Origin: Chrysomallon squamiferum | Taxonomy: Eukaryota > Animalia > Mollusca | Assembly: GCA_012295275.1 (NCBI GenBank) | Contig: CM022675.1 | Span: forward strand, 5,394,001-5,458,000 | Length of the DNA stretch: 64,000 bases | Reading direction: 5' to 3' | In this document: positions 1-57,924 of the stretch, piece after piece | How the letters are laid out: each line of letters starts with the position of its first letter | How positions within the stretch are numbered: the stretch's first letter is position 1 | Notes under the pieces: model-generated | Seen by the model: only the letters and a program-made list of their open reading frames with translations | Told to the model about the DNA's origin: nothing | Database searches by the model: none | Program-made: the position numbers and the translations under genes

Positions 1-120
1 AAGATGTACCAAATTCAACACCATCATTCACAAAAGCCATTGTTGATCTACCATCAGCAAATATCACTCTCAACAATTTACTCATCTTAGTTATTTCTCA
101 AAAAGTGAATGGCAAACCCA
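1..120 (+). CDS. Paralog A SEA-domain exon (partial)
   Basis: DVPNSTPSFTKAIVDLPSANITLNNLLILVISQKVNGKP, compared with B DLPNSTASFTKAVIDLLSANITLNEKPISVISQQVNGKN; donor A|gtaagt. Confidence 0.85.
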
Positions 121-1129
121 GTAAGTAGTGAAATGAATATTTTGCACTCTAATAATTTTAAAGCATTCAGTAGACAGTAATGTAGCCTGTTTCAAATGCT
201 GGAGCAGTCTAGAAATGATATCAGAAAAATTGTTTTGTAAAATTAAGATCTCTGACAGATTGCTAAACCAAAACAGTCAGGTAAACATTCAAAAATCATT
301 AAAAAATATTATTATTTTGAATTTTAGTTTTTTTAAATTGCGAAACTCGATATGAATATTAACATTTTATTTGTCAGTCTAGGATATCATACAGATTAAT
401 TAAATTTAACAACTTGTTCTCAAATGTCACAGACCATCAGTATCTTTTGTATGTTTATTTATTAATTCTTCTTCTTCTTCTTATTATTATTATTATTAGC
501 AGCAGCAGCATTGTGATTATTACTATTATTACCATCATTATTATATTTATTATTGTTGTTGTTATTATTATATATGTTACTACTTCTATTCTTCTTATTA
601 TTATTATTCTTATTCTTATTATTATTTTGGAGAAAACTAATTTACAACTGAAATAGATTGCTTATTATCATTTAATTTATTTCATTCTTTCTTTCTTTAT
701 CTATGCTTTTATATATCTTTTTTTTTTCTCTCCAGTAACCAAGAATACAAGTCTGTGTTCATTACTTGTTGATCTTAAAGGGTGTCCAGCATTGGAAAGT
801 TGTCAAATAGTTGATGGTGTTATAAAATGTAGTTCCTTGAAATCAGACAGTAAGGATAAATGTTATTTTAGAAAAAACTAATTTCTGATTAAATCTGTTG
901 ATGTATCTTGGTGTTTTGTACAAAATCAAGTGTTATCAGTCTTGGTGCTGTAAACAGCAGCTGTACTTAACTGATATGAAAATTTGAAATTGAACCAGTC
1001 AGTATTCTAATGTTTGGAAGAAAAAAACCCAAAAGAAAACGAAAAAGTAAAGTTAAAATCAAAATGTTAGTTTGAAATTATTATTACTGTAGATGCACTG
1101 ACATAAAAACAAAAACAGTCATAAATAAA

Positions 1130-1206
<77 letters not shown>

Positions 1207-1240
1207 ATTTCTCTTTGTCTCGCTCTCTTTCACTATCTCC

Positions 1241-1292
<52 letters not shown>

Positions 1293-3601
1293 CACACATA
1301 CATAAACCCAGACATACACACTCTCATTCTTTCTCTCTCTATCTACACTGACACCTGCCTATCTACCTATCTGTATGTCTGTCTGTCTATCTATCTATTG
1401 ATCTATCCATCTCTCTATCTATCTGTCTATCTATCTCTATCTATCTGTTTATCTATTTATATATCTTTGCACACAAAACAAACTGTAGATATATTATACT
1501 TACATTTGTTGTTTTTTCCTGTGTTTATTTCAGATAACTTTCAAGCTAGTTATAGGACTGGTTGTTGGGATTCCACTGTTTTTCATCACAGTGGCAATCA
1601 TAGCTGTACTCGTCTACATCAGAGTCAAATCCAAGAGAAGACTGAAGGGAATCGGTGGTTCCTCTTCTGTTGTAGACACTAGGTGAGTACATGATGAATG
1701 AGAGAATGAATGAATGAACAAAAGGATGAACGAATGAATGAAGAAATTAAAGGATGAAAGAATAAACAAATGGAAGAGAGACAAAGAATGAATAAATGAA
1801 CGAATGGAAGTAAGAAAGCATGAATGAAAAAAAAATGGTACAATGAATGAATGAATAAATGAACAGATGGAATATAGACTGAAAGAATGAATGAATGAAA
1901 GGATGAAAGATTCAATGATAAATTAAAGGTTAATGAATGAACAAACAGAAGAAAAAGGAAGAATGAATAAATGAACAAATCGAAGTAAAAATGAATAAAT
2001 CAACAAAGGGAAGAAAGAATGAATGAAAGGACAAATGGTAAAATGAATGAATGAATGAAAAATGGAAGAAAGAATAAAAAGGCAGAATGAATGAACGAAC
2101 AAACAGATGGAAAAATGAATGAAAAAAATGGCAGAATGGATGAATGAATGAAATGAGGATTGAACAAAACAATGAATTAACAAATTCAAAAAATGAACAA
2201 ATGAACATATGGAAGAATGAATAAATGAAGGAATACATGGAAGAATTAAAGAATGAATGAGCAAATGGAAGAAAGAAACAAAGAATGAATGAATGAACAA
2301 ATGGAAGAGTGAATGAAAATTCACATATTCTGCATACTTCCAAGTTTTACTGATTAGCAACTTTGTCATCTGGTCTGAATTTATACACTTTTTTTACAAA
2401 ACATTACTTTAAAAATTATCTGCACAGTGTTATGTCCTCACAAACAGGGCAAATGAGTTGCTCAAGAGTTGTTGCTAGTAGAAACAAATGCAGCAGCCAG
2501 AAACACAAAGACATCATCACTCCAGTTGAGCAGCAAAAGTATGGTGGCATTCAGAAGATTATTTTTGTAATTTTTTGTTTACACATCATAATAGGTCACC
2601 CAACAAATCAAAATAATAACTTCGATGTAAGAATAATTTTATTTGTATTGACATTTTTGATGTTCTTTTGAAAATTGATGAGATGACATTTTTTCTTTGT
2701 TTCTCTCTTTCTGTTTTTCAACGCCATCGTTTAGCAAAACAATTGAAAATGTAGATTTATCGAGCAACATATATGAAGAGATTGGATCAGCAGGTACAGT
2801 GTCATCCAGTAAGTAGCTGTTGCTTTTCTTTTTCTAGTTTGTTTGTTTGCTTATGTATTTATTTGTTCATGCATATACAATAGTACCTCGACTTACGAGT
2901 GCTCCATCTTACGAGTTTTTTGCTTTGAGTTCCGAGCCAAAATCCGAGTTACAACCGAGCTTCAGATACGACGCCACTAGTTGGCGCAACAAACAACACA
3001 ATATCCGGCCAGCATCCCGCGTCTCACCCGTTTACTTCACGTGGACACCTCGCCGCGGAAGCATCTCTGTTGTGTTGTGTTCGCGTTTTGTGCAGTATTT
3101 TGCCAAATTTCTTTTTTCTGACCATGGATCGTAAGAAACTGAGTGCAAATGACAGTGCAGACAAGAAGCGGATGATGTCCACTGAATTAAAGCTTGAATT
3201 CATAGAAAAATATGAGCGACGTGTGCATGTAGTCGACTTGGTTATCCAGTACGAGCGTAGTACTTCTACGATATGTACCGTACTGAAACAGAAGGAGTCG
3301 ATAAAGACTAACTCCAGCCAAAGCCGTCCAAATAATTTGTCTGTTTTCCAAGATAAATACACTTTACAAAACCAATTTATTTCTTTACAGTCTCTTTTAT
3401 TTTGTTTTTTATAAATATTTGTTATTTATAACTACATTTTTTAAATTTAAAGCCACGTTAGCTAAAATGGGGTGGTTTTGGGGGACTGGAACGTCTTAAT
3501 GGTATTTGAATTAATTTCAGTTAGGAAAATTGATTTGATATACGAGCAAATTGAGTTACGAGTTTGGTCACGGAACAAAATAAACTCTAAGTCAAGGTGT
3601 C

Positions 3602-3639
<38 letters not shown>

Positions 3640-4833
3640 TGTGTGTGTGTGTCTTTGTGTGTTATATTTATTATTATTATTATTTATTAATTAATTATAT
3701 AATCAATTAATTGCTTAGTTAACTGATTTATTTACTTATTTCTTTGTTTGTTTGTCTGTTTAGTTTGTCTTATTAAAAGAAAACAATCAGATGACTTATT
3801 TAAAATTAACTTAATTATAAGTATATAAATACATATAAAGAAAATTAAAATAAATTTAAAAATTATGTTACAAATTCTTTTGCTAGCATTTCTGAATATG
3901 TTTCATTCATGAAATATTAAATTAACAAAGTACACTTTAATCATGTGTCTTTGAACTTCAGAATAATATTTTTGTTTATTTTATTTTATTTTTCAAATCA
4001 TAACAGACTACAGACCAAGGCAATTCTCGCGAAATGTTGTGGGTAGACCAGTAAGTATTCTATAAACAGACAGTCTGCCATTGATTCAAATACCATTCAT
4101 TAGTCATCTATCAGACAGTTTAATCAAGTCACTGATTCTAATCAGACAAAAGTAGTGAAACGACTCAAATTAAATTCAGTGTTCTCTTCGAATCAAGTTA
4201 TTTCACGTATGCTTCAAAAGTCTTCGTATCAGAAAGATTTTTATAGCAAACAGTTTGCTCAGCTGTAAATCACTGAAATTATCAGAGACAGCTACACATG
4301 TTAAATTGTTGTGTGTAATGTATTCAAGCCTTTTTCGTGCTTTATTAAATTTCACTGACTTTTACAAAATATTCCCAGTTGCATATTTATTTTGTTACTT
4401 ATTTATTATTATTGTTTACTTTTGACAGGAATGAATAAATTCATTCATTTATTTACTTACTTATCTGTTTACATATTTCCTTAAAACATATATAAATATA
4501 TATATATATGTATTCTGACCTGTAATTATGGATTAGTTTGTTTGTGTGTATGCACGTGTGTATATATGTGAGTGCGCGCGCATTTTGTGTTGTGTGTGTG
4601 TGCACTTGTATATTTGTGTGTGTACATACATGCATATTATGTGTATGTGTGGGTATGTGTATCCATGTGTGTATGTCTGTGTCTTTTTATATCTCCATGT
4701 ATCTATATGTGTGTTCGTGTATATGTGTATACGTGTATATATATAAGTAAATGTGTGTCTGTTATGATCATATACTAATTTTTATGTCTCTATTTTTCAG
4801 AGGCAGTCACAAGAACGTGAAGACAGATTTTGA
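1..4833 (+). CDS. 3' end of paralog A of the MUC4-like gene (SEA, EGF-like, TM, tail exons); possibly frameshifted or pseudogenised
   Basis: Exons 1-120, 736-849, 1534-1682, 2735-2808, 4007-4050 and 4801-4833 align exon by exon, with introns, to gene B 49848-54074; GT-AG boundaries; +1 nt in the TM exon. Confidence 0.8.
736..849 (+). CDS. Paralog A juxtamembrane Cys-rich (EGF-like) exon
   Basis: TKNTSLCSLLVDLKGCPALESCQIVDGVIKCSSLKSD; phase 1-1; homologous to 50757-50864. Confidence 0.85.
1534..1682 (+). CDS. Paralog A transmembrane exon, carrying +1 nt
   Basis: Near-identical to 51183-51330 (LVIGLxVGIPLFFITVAIIAVLVY) but reads ataactttcaagcta instead of ataactttgagcta. Confidence 0.8.
1690..2320. 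repeat. Degenerate (GAAT)n satellite in the TM-exon intron; paralogous tract at 51340-51680
   Basis: Visible gaatgaatgaa runs. Confidence 0.85.
2735..2808 (+). CDS. Paralog A shortened cytoplasmic exon
   Basis: SKTIENVDLSSNIYEEIGSAGTVSS, homologous to the 3' part of 52199-52407; tttag| acceptor and |gtaagt donor. Confidence 0.6.
2878..3605 (+). mobile_element. Internally deleted Tigger/pogo-like DNA transposon
   Basis: Imperfect TIRs caatagtacctcgacttacgag ... ctctaagtcaaggtgtcactg after TA; ORF part MDRKKLSANDSADKKRMMSTELKLEFIEKYERRVHVVDLVIQYERSTSTICTVLKQKESIK resembles the CENP-B/Tigger N-terminal HTH. Confidence 0.75.
4007..4050 (+). CDS. Paralog A tail exon
   Basis: YRPRQFSRNVVGRP; homologous to 53075-53133; acag| and |gtaagt. 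Confidence 0.7.
4801..4833 (+). CDS. Paralog A last coding exon
   Basis: RQSQEREDRF-stop, compared with B RQSQELEDRL-stop. Confidence 0.7.
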   Translation, partial: RQSQEREDRF

Positions 4834-5869
4834 GACATTTCTCACTTGGGTACAACTGCGTGATATATGTAATGAGGACTACAACTACTAGTGTACTAAT
4901 CAAACTCATTTAATCTGGATTAACACTGTGAATATTTCATTTTTAACATGCGCTGGTTTAAAAAAAACGTTCTTTTTGTATGAATGCATGAATGTATGCA
5001 TGTATGTATGTATGCATGTATGTATCTATGTATGTATGTGTGTATATGTGTGTATGTATGTATGTATGTATGCAATTAGTTATACACATGGTTTAAATTT
5101 TAAATCTGAAATGTTATGTATCATATACTGAATCAGCGCTGTGTTTGTCTACTGTTGTGACAGAAGCGAAGTAGACTATATGCCACTAGTGTCAGTGGTG
5201 TTAAACAGGAAGAATGATATTCTAGAACACATTTTTTTGATAATAAAATTACTAAACATACAACTCAGTAGATGTTCAATGTATATTTGTGTTATAAACT
5301 AGAGATAAGATGTTTGTAAAACGATGATTTGTGAGAAGATACCAGTTACTCTTACCTTGTCTTGTAGCAAGAAAGTGACTTTTTTCTGCACCTTCACATA
5401 GACAACACTGCAGCTGGATGTAAATTAGTCAGAGAAATTACTTGCCAGAAACAAAACAAAAATAAAGAAAGAAAGAAAAGTTGTTCATGGTTGAGTGAAA
5501 AAGGAGTCTGTCCTAACGGAATTTAGGTCTGAATCAGGGCACATTTTTTTAGTAATGAAATACATACTCGTCATAAAATTGTGAAATTTTGTGTTAAAAT
5601 TAATGAAGAATAAAATGTCATCAGTTATTTCATAAACCTTTAGTATTAGCCGTAGAAGACAGTAACATGATACAAAAATAAGATGGGATGTTAGTTATCA
5701 CAGAATACAACTGTGTGTACGTGTGTACATAAAATTAGGTTTAAAGAAAGAGACTTTTATTCGGTGAACCTTTATTATTGAACATATAATATTTTGAAAA
5801 TACGTTGTGACTACATAAATGTAGTGTAATTATTACACTATATAATAGTTTGTGACACTGCAAATGCAA

Positions 5870-6385
5870 GTTGTTATTACGTTGTAAAAATACATCAGGA
5901 AAAGGTCATAATAACGTTATTATTATGTTACAAAAATAGATTCTGAAAAGGGAAATATAATATTATTACGTATAAAAAGTACACTGTGAAAAGATAAATA
6001 TAAGTTACAAAAATACACTGTGAAAAAGTAAATATAATGTTATTATTACGCTACAAAAATACACTGTGAAAAGTTAAATATAATGTTAATACGCTACAAA
6101 AATACATTGCGAAAAGATAAATATGTTATTATTACGCTAGATAAATACTTTGTGAGAAGGTTAATATATTATTATTATGTTACAAAAACATATTGTGAAA
6201 AGGTAAATATAATGTTATTATTATGTTATAAAAATACACCGCGAAAAGGTTAATCCAAGATTATAATTGCATTACGAAAATACATTGTGAAAAGGTAAAT
6301 GTAATCTAATTACGTTACAAAAAGATACTGCGAAAAGATAATTATAATGTTATTATTGCGCTAGATAAATACATTGTGACATCGT
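5870..6385. repeat. About 46-bp minisatellite, roughly 11 copies
   Basis: Unit approx. ttattacgttacaaaaatacactgtgaaaaggtaaatataatgtta. Confidence 0.85.
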
Positions 6386-7974
6386 AAAAAAATAAACTGA
6401 TTAGGTTGTGAGGATATCTTGCTGTTGGGACAGCTTAACTTTATTGTTAGTATTACGTTGTGAAAACATGTTTTAAAAACGAAACTAAATACCATCAAAT
6501 AAATCACTACAACATTATATAGTTACTCAACGATAACAAAATACAACGTAACAATGACGTAATTTTAACGTAATTTGATAGCTGATGTAGTATATTTATA
6601 TTATACAGATAGATAGAGTGATTCACATGAGGAGATGAGAATAACACGCCCTTGCTGTAATGTGATATTATTACTACACTGACTTTTTAACAAAACGTGT
6701 CACCGCAAAACCTGAAATCAGCGACGCATGGCGGTATGTTAATATTAATAACGCCAAGAGTATGGTTGATGTTATTTCGTAGACTATTACGTTGAATTTT
6801 TTTAGATAGGGAATAATAAACAGAACTTTTTGTATATTTTAAAACGTCAGCATTTTGATATATCGACTGTGTTCTTTGAAAGAGCTTTTAGACACAATAA
6901 TTTTAGAAAACAAATCAATTAATGCATCAGTGCAAGTGATAATAGTTATAACATTAAAAAAATAATAATAATAATAATAACAACAAACTACAGTATAATA
7001 ATATTTATTTATTTAAAAAAAAAAAAAAAAAAAAAAAAATTCAATTGTTACATTGTAATGTAAGGGAGATGATAACGGCCGTTAGGTTTAATCCTCAAAT
7101 CTCGATCCTATTTATATTTGTATTTATTGCTTATCATTGTCTTATTAAGTAGAAACAATTGTCAAGTCACCAAGTGAACACGGGTATAATCAGTATTTTA
7201 CAAAATTCAGTAGCCTGAAATGTTATCTTATTGCACATAAGAAGTCATGGTTGTCGTTATTGTTCCATATCATGTTGACATGTTTGCTTTAAAATATTAA
7301 AATCTTTACAGTACTGGACACGCAAATGCGAGCATATATTTAGATACAGGCTCACAGGCACGTGATCACATACCTGTAACTATATACAGGCATACATTAA
7401 TACATACATACACGCTGATACGTATACGCTCAGGTACACACTCACCCACATATACACACTCGATCACATGTAAAGACTATTTAACAAGTTCTGTTATCTG
7501 TTATAAACACTGGGACTTTGTTACATGATATTAGTAATGGTGTATTTCTCAGAAAAAAACAGGGTTTTTCCCCGAACACTTGAAACGTGCCTAGCAACAC
7601 ACACCCCTAACACGCGCCACACGACTGTCTTCCTACTTCTGACTGAGCAAAATCAAATGATTTTAAATCCTTGTTCTCAAGTTCCTTCTCAAGAGCTTTG
7701 TAAATATCCACTCTACCTGCATATTGCGGTTTAAACTAGCATTAAATTTATTTATTTTATTGTTGCTGTTATTATTATTATTATTGTTAGTATTATCTCT
7801 CTTTTTTTTTTCTTTTTTGTTGTTGTTGTTGTTGTTGTGATCAGATAAAATGTAAGAAGCAAACATACAGAATAATGATTCAGGGACACAGCCTGGACAA
7901 ATAAATTTTGCTTGTATAATTGATCTGTAACCATAACGCTAATAACGTTTCATTATTATGTACAGTTATCTACA

Positions 7975-8495
7975 GCAACTACCAGCACTACTATTACTAC
8001 CACTACTACCCCTACTACTACTAGTACTACTGCTATTACAATTATTATTACTACTACTATATCTAGTAATTCTAGTTGCTACTTCTAATACTTCTACATC
8101 TGCCAGTATTACTACTTTCTCTGCTACTGCACCTACTACTATTACTACTTATAGCACTACTAGTACTAACAGCTGCAAGCAATAGTAGCAATGGTAGCAA
8201 TGGTAGCAATGGTTGTTGTAGCTGCAGTACTAACAACAGTAGTATACTAGTAGTAATAGCAACAGTAGTTATAGTAGTAATAGTTGTTGTTGTAGAAGTT
8301 GTAGCAGTAGTAGTAGAATTGTAGTAGAAATAGTTGCAGTAGTAGTAACAGTAGTAGCAATAGTAGTAGTAGTTGTTGTAGAAGTAGTAACAGTAGTAGC
8401 AATAGTAGTAGTAGTTGTTGTAGAAGTAGTACTAGAATTACAACAGAGATAGTTGTACTTCTTGTAGTACTGCTAGTAGTAGTAGTAGTAGTAGA
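7975..8495. repeat. (ACT)n tract followed by (AGT)n tract; copy at 60520-61000
   Basis: Degenerate trinucleotide repeats of opposite polarity. Confidence 0.8.
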
Positions 8496-8887
8496 GTGGT
8501 TTTAGTTCATTTGTTCAAGTATTTATATCAAACTTGATGGACCGCGGATCTGACATTTCAATGCTCCTTTTAATCATTTTCACGTTCCAACCATTACTCC
8601 TGGACAGGATTATCTGGTCCTTAGATTGCCCTATTCTTTTTGCTGCTGTGCTCTGTGACAGGCAATTAAGTTAATAACGAAACACTTTATATTAATTTAT
8701 CATATGACGCGGAATTTTCCCTGCATTACTGACAAACACACCCTGGTTTTTGTTTACAGAAAAGATTATAAGCTTCTCTCTCTGACTTTCTGCAACCTGA
8801 TATAATTTATTGTCAGTTTTAGGTGCGCTTCGTGGTAAAACATAAAATGCACTTTATGTATATGTTTGAGTCTCTAGATGCGTGTGC

Positions 8888-8927
<40 letters not shown>

Positions 8928-9473
8928 GTGTATCTATGTATATATGTATGTATGTGTATGTATGTATGTATGTATGTATTTCTGTACGTATGTATATGTA
9001 TATGTATGAACGTATGTCTGCATATGTTTGTCTTTGTATGCGTTTCCATGTTTTGTATATATTTACGTATGTATGTATGTATTATATAAAACATTTAGCA
9101 GTACCAGTACAAAGCAGTGCAATAAATTATACAGTTTACAAATAAGGGAGGGAGGGTAATAAAGAAGCCGAAAGTTCCCCATATACTTAAAACAAATAAA
9201 AAATACGTCTTATGATATCACAAAAGTGGTGACAATTTTCTCATTTGCTAAGTTAAAACCAGGAAGAACACGCTCGGTGTCAAATCGGGTGTTTTGGGGG
9301 GAATAATATGTTCGCGGCTTATTTTATAGCGAGCTATTGTTAGTCCTATTATCTACACGATTTTTGTCTCGTGAAACGAGTGGAAGATATCGGAGAAGTG
9401 CAGTTATTGGACCGAAAATTCGGGTGTTAATAACTGGCTGTCTGTAAGTATAAGATACCCAGGGATTCAACCA

Positions 9474-9524
<51 letters not shown>

Positions 9525-9582
9525 CTGCTGTTGCAAAGCACAGTATCAAATTTCCTGGGAGAAGTTCATTTGAATTCTGAAA

Positions 9583-9588
9583 TCAGTT
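9583..9588 (+). promoter_or_regulatory. Candidate initiator (TCAGTT) for gene B
   Basis: Protostome-type Inr in a CpG-richer block about 275 bp upstream of the candidate ATG exon; conserved at 62267-62272. Confidence 0.3.
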
Positions 9589-9858
9589 CGCGCAGGCCGC
9601 GTGTTTGAAAAGTAGAAAGAACATTTTTGTCTTCTGTATATAAGACTTTTATTTTTCTTCATTTCGAAGAAGAAAAAAAAAAAAAAAAAAAAAAAAAAAG
9701 AAAGAAACTTTTGTTTTTGAAAGACGTCATTTTGTTATATTTGGTAGTTCTAAATTTCTTTTCCTTTTTTTTTAAAATAATATTTTATTTTATTTATTTG
9801 TTTGAATATCCCAAAACAGTTCTTGGCATAATTTGGAGTTTTACCATCGAAGAAGAAA

Positions 9859-54074
<44,216 letters not shown>

Positions 54075-54871
54075 GACATCTCTCACCTGGGTACATCTGT
54101 CTGGTACAGATAGTGAGGAATACAACTACTAATCAAACATTTTAACCTGGATTAACACTGTAAATATTTTATTTTTAATATGCACTGGTTTAAAAAACTT
54201 TGTATTTTTTATTTCAGTTTATAAAACCACACATAGAGAGACACATGCATGTGTGTGTGTGTTTTGTGTGTGTGTGAATTCATGCAGTTAGCTTTTAAAT
54301 TTCAAATTTTATGTATCATATACTGAGTCAACTCTGTCAGTCTACTGTTGTGTTAGAAATGAAGTAGACTACATGCCACTAGATTTGGTGGTGTTAAAAA
54401 GAAGAATGAAATACCAAAACACATTTTTTGATACTAAAATTACTAAATGTACAGCTCAGTATATGTTCAGTGTTCATTTTTGTTACAAACTATAGATAAG
54501 ATTTTTGTAAAACAGTGATTTTTTAAGAAGGAACAAACAACACAAGTTACTCCTCCCTTGTAGCAAGAAAGTGACTTTTATATGCACCTTCACATAAACA
54601 GCACATTGGACCTGGAAATAAATTAGTCTGAGAAATGTAGTGGCTTGTCAAAAATGAAAAGAAAAAGAATGAAAGAAATGTTGTTTATGGCTGAAGAAAA
54701 AAAAAAAAAATTGTTTCTGTGAAAATGTTTTACATTTTTTATTATTATATCTGTTATTGTTATTGCTATTATTATTATTTCTGTTACTATTATTATTCAT
54801 TTATTTACTTATTATTGTTGGTACTTTTGGTGTTATCATTACTGCTGTTATTAGTATTATTACTGTTATTA

Positions 54872-54917
<46 letters not shown>

Positions 54918-55295
54918 AGCTTAATCTGTGTTTTAACCATGAATCTGAATACTGCATTTGTTTATACATACACAGAATAATTCTGTAACATACATTTTGA
55001 ACTTGTATATTTATTTTAAATGATTTTATCATAATGGTATTTAATATCTGCATATATCTTTGTAATTGCTTATTTTAAATGATGTGGTGGACAATATACA
55101 GTGTACTGAAATGTAGATAGAATTTTTCTTGAAACCTGATATTTTTAACAAATGTTTTTACTGCTAATAATCTTACTTTAATTATTACTATTGTTATTAT
55201 TACTATTATCATCATTGCTATTAATATTATTATTATTATTACTATTATTATTATGAATTATTATTTATTTATTTATCTATCTATTTGTATTATTG

Positions 55296-55342
<47 letters not shown>

Positions 55343-55622
55343 AATAATCATATTAAAATTTAATGCAAGAACAATTATTAGTAATTAATTTCTGGATAAC
55401 AGTGGAAGAAGAAATGACTGATTGTCATTGGGTGACGTGCTTTACATTGGTAATTGTATGAATCTGTATTTGGTTAGTGGAATAGATCCACAGAAATATT
55501 AAATATATTTACTCCATGTAGATATTTTTGTATAATTTTAAATATATTTATTCCATGTACATATTCATGTATTTGTGTTACTGTGTTTAATTATACATCT
55601 ATTATGCAATTATTTCTATGGC

Positions 55623-55662
<40 letters not shown>

Positions 55663-56889
55663 GATTTTAATTCATTTTATTTCAAAATGTTATTGTCATA
55701 TTTTTGTTTAACTTGATTACATTCAAAGCCATTAATCCTTGTACAAATGTTTTAATGTTTAATTATATATACACCTATATATATATATATATTCAATAAC
55801 TGGAAAAAAATTATTCAGTAACTGAAAAAAATATTTATATTTTTATATTTTTATATACATTTATCATTGATAAAAAAAACTAAATATTCAGTATGTGTTT
55901 TGTTTTCATTGAAATAATTATGTATATTGATTTTACTGACTTGCAACAAATGAGTACGTAATAACTTTATTTTGCATTAAGTCAGTCATTCATTGTCTCT
56001 CTTTCCTGAGAGAGTATTTATTTATTTATTTATTTATTTGATTGGTATTCTTGTTGTTTATTTTTAATTAGCCTGAAACATTTGACAACCTCTGTCACAG
56101 CTACAACTGAGAAAACAGGAAAATGTTTCATTTAAAGATTCCAGATGTTATTTGTCAATCAATAATTATATTGTGCATTAAATAATTATGGTAGAAACTA
56201 TCCAGTGGAGAGGATAAACCCACAGAAGGCTATAAATAGTTATATATGTCTGGAATTTAAATAAAAAATAACATAAAAATAAAATACATTTCCCACTTAA
56301 TCAGTTTCTCCACAATGTTTTATAAAACACTGTAGTATGCATTATCCTGAGTATTTTTATTTTTATTTTTATTTTTTTGTTATTAATGAATTATATTTAG
56401 TAAATACATGTATTGAACAAATAAAATTAATCAAATAATCAGCCCCAAAAAGGAAACTAATACATACATACATACATATATATGTATAATTTAACCTAAA
56501 TAATTTTATTTTATTTTAATCAGTTTGTTTACTTGACTCTTTGTTTATTTATGTTATTTAATTATTTGTTTAGTTAGTTATGTTTATTTATGCTTTACCA
56601 ATTTTACTATTTTATTCCTTTTTATTTATTTAAGCAAATTAAACAAAATTTCAAAAAACAAAATAAATAAATAAATAAATATAATAATGAATAAATAAAT
56701 AAATAAATACCAAAAAAAAATCTGATTTAAAACAATCATTGTAAAATGTCACTCACCAAACTCTTCCAAATCCTACTATAATATAATAAAAAAGATGTTC
56801 AGGATAAAATAAAAACAAAGCAAACTCCAAAGATGCAAAAATTGTGTGTGTTTCCTAAATATCCAGATTAGTATAAAATAAGTAACCAA

Positions 56890-57824
56890 AATGAATACCA
56901 CTGGTTTGACAGATGCACGGAATTATAAACAAAACATATTTTGTATATATATAAGAATAAAACTTGTAGATTCAGCTAACGTACTGAGAATGTGTTAAAC
57001 TGTGTTTTTAAATCTGAGAGGGAAAAAAACAAAACAAACTTAGTAAAATAAGACCATCAGATGACTTACCTAAAATTAACTTAATTATAAGTAAAATAAT
57101 AGAGGTAAAACAAAAATAATAATAATAAAATATATATATATATATATCAAATTTCTTTGCTTGCATGCAATTCAGAAAATGTGTTTTAGTTATGAAATAT
57201 CAAATTTACAAAGTACAGTATGATAATGCATCTTTGAAGTTGAGAATATTTTTGTATTTCTTTTATTATTATTTTATTTTTTAAATCATAACATACAACA
57301 GTACAAGGGAATTCTTGTAGTTTTTTGAGAAAAATGTTCTTCCATCTGAACCAGGAAGTGTATTGTGATCAGTCAAGTTGCCTGTCTGCCATCGATTCAA
57401 ATGCTGACAGTGCATTAGTCAGTCAGTCATGTATGAAACATTTTAATCATTAAAGTCATGACACTGATTCAAATCAGACAAAAGTAATGATTCAGTTATT
57501 AAAAACAAAACAATAATTCATGTTAATGAATCAAATTAAATTCAGCATTCTAGAGTGTTCTGTTCATATCAAGTTATTTCATGTATGCTGTGAAGATTTT
57601 CACGTCAGAAAGACTTTCTGAATGAAGCATTTTGTTCAGCTATAAATCACTGACATTTTCAGAGACAACTACACAGTCTTAAAATTCACATATCTGTCAA
57701 TTTTTTGTTTCTTTTAATACTATAAAACTTCAGTGACTATCACAAACTGTTCCCTGTTCCATATTTATTCTGATACTAATTTATTATTGTTTATTTGTCT
57801 TCATTTAATGTTTTTTAATTTATG

Positions 57825-57856
<32 letters not shown>

Positions 57857-57871
57857 TATTATTATTATTAT

Positions 57872-57924
<53 letters not shown>

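Noticed and set aside
414-656. Hydrophobic poly-I/L/V, VC-, RE- and N-rich ORFs here and throughout the ORF track
   Set aside because: Translations of (ATT)n, (TG)n, (AG)n and (AAT)n microsatellites, with no splice or codon support
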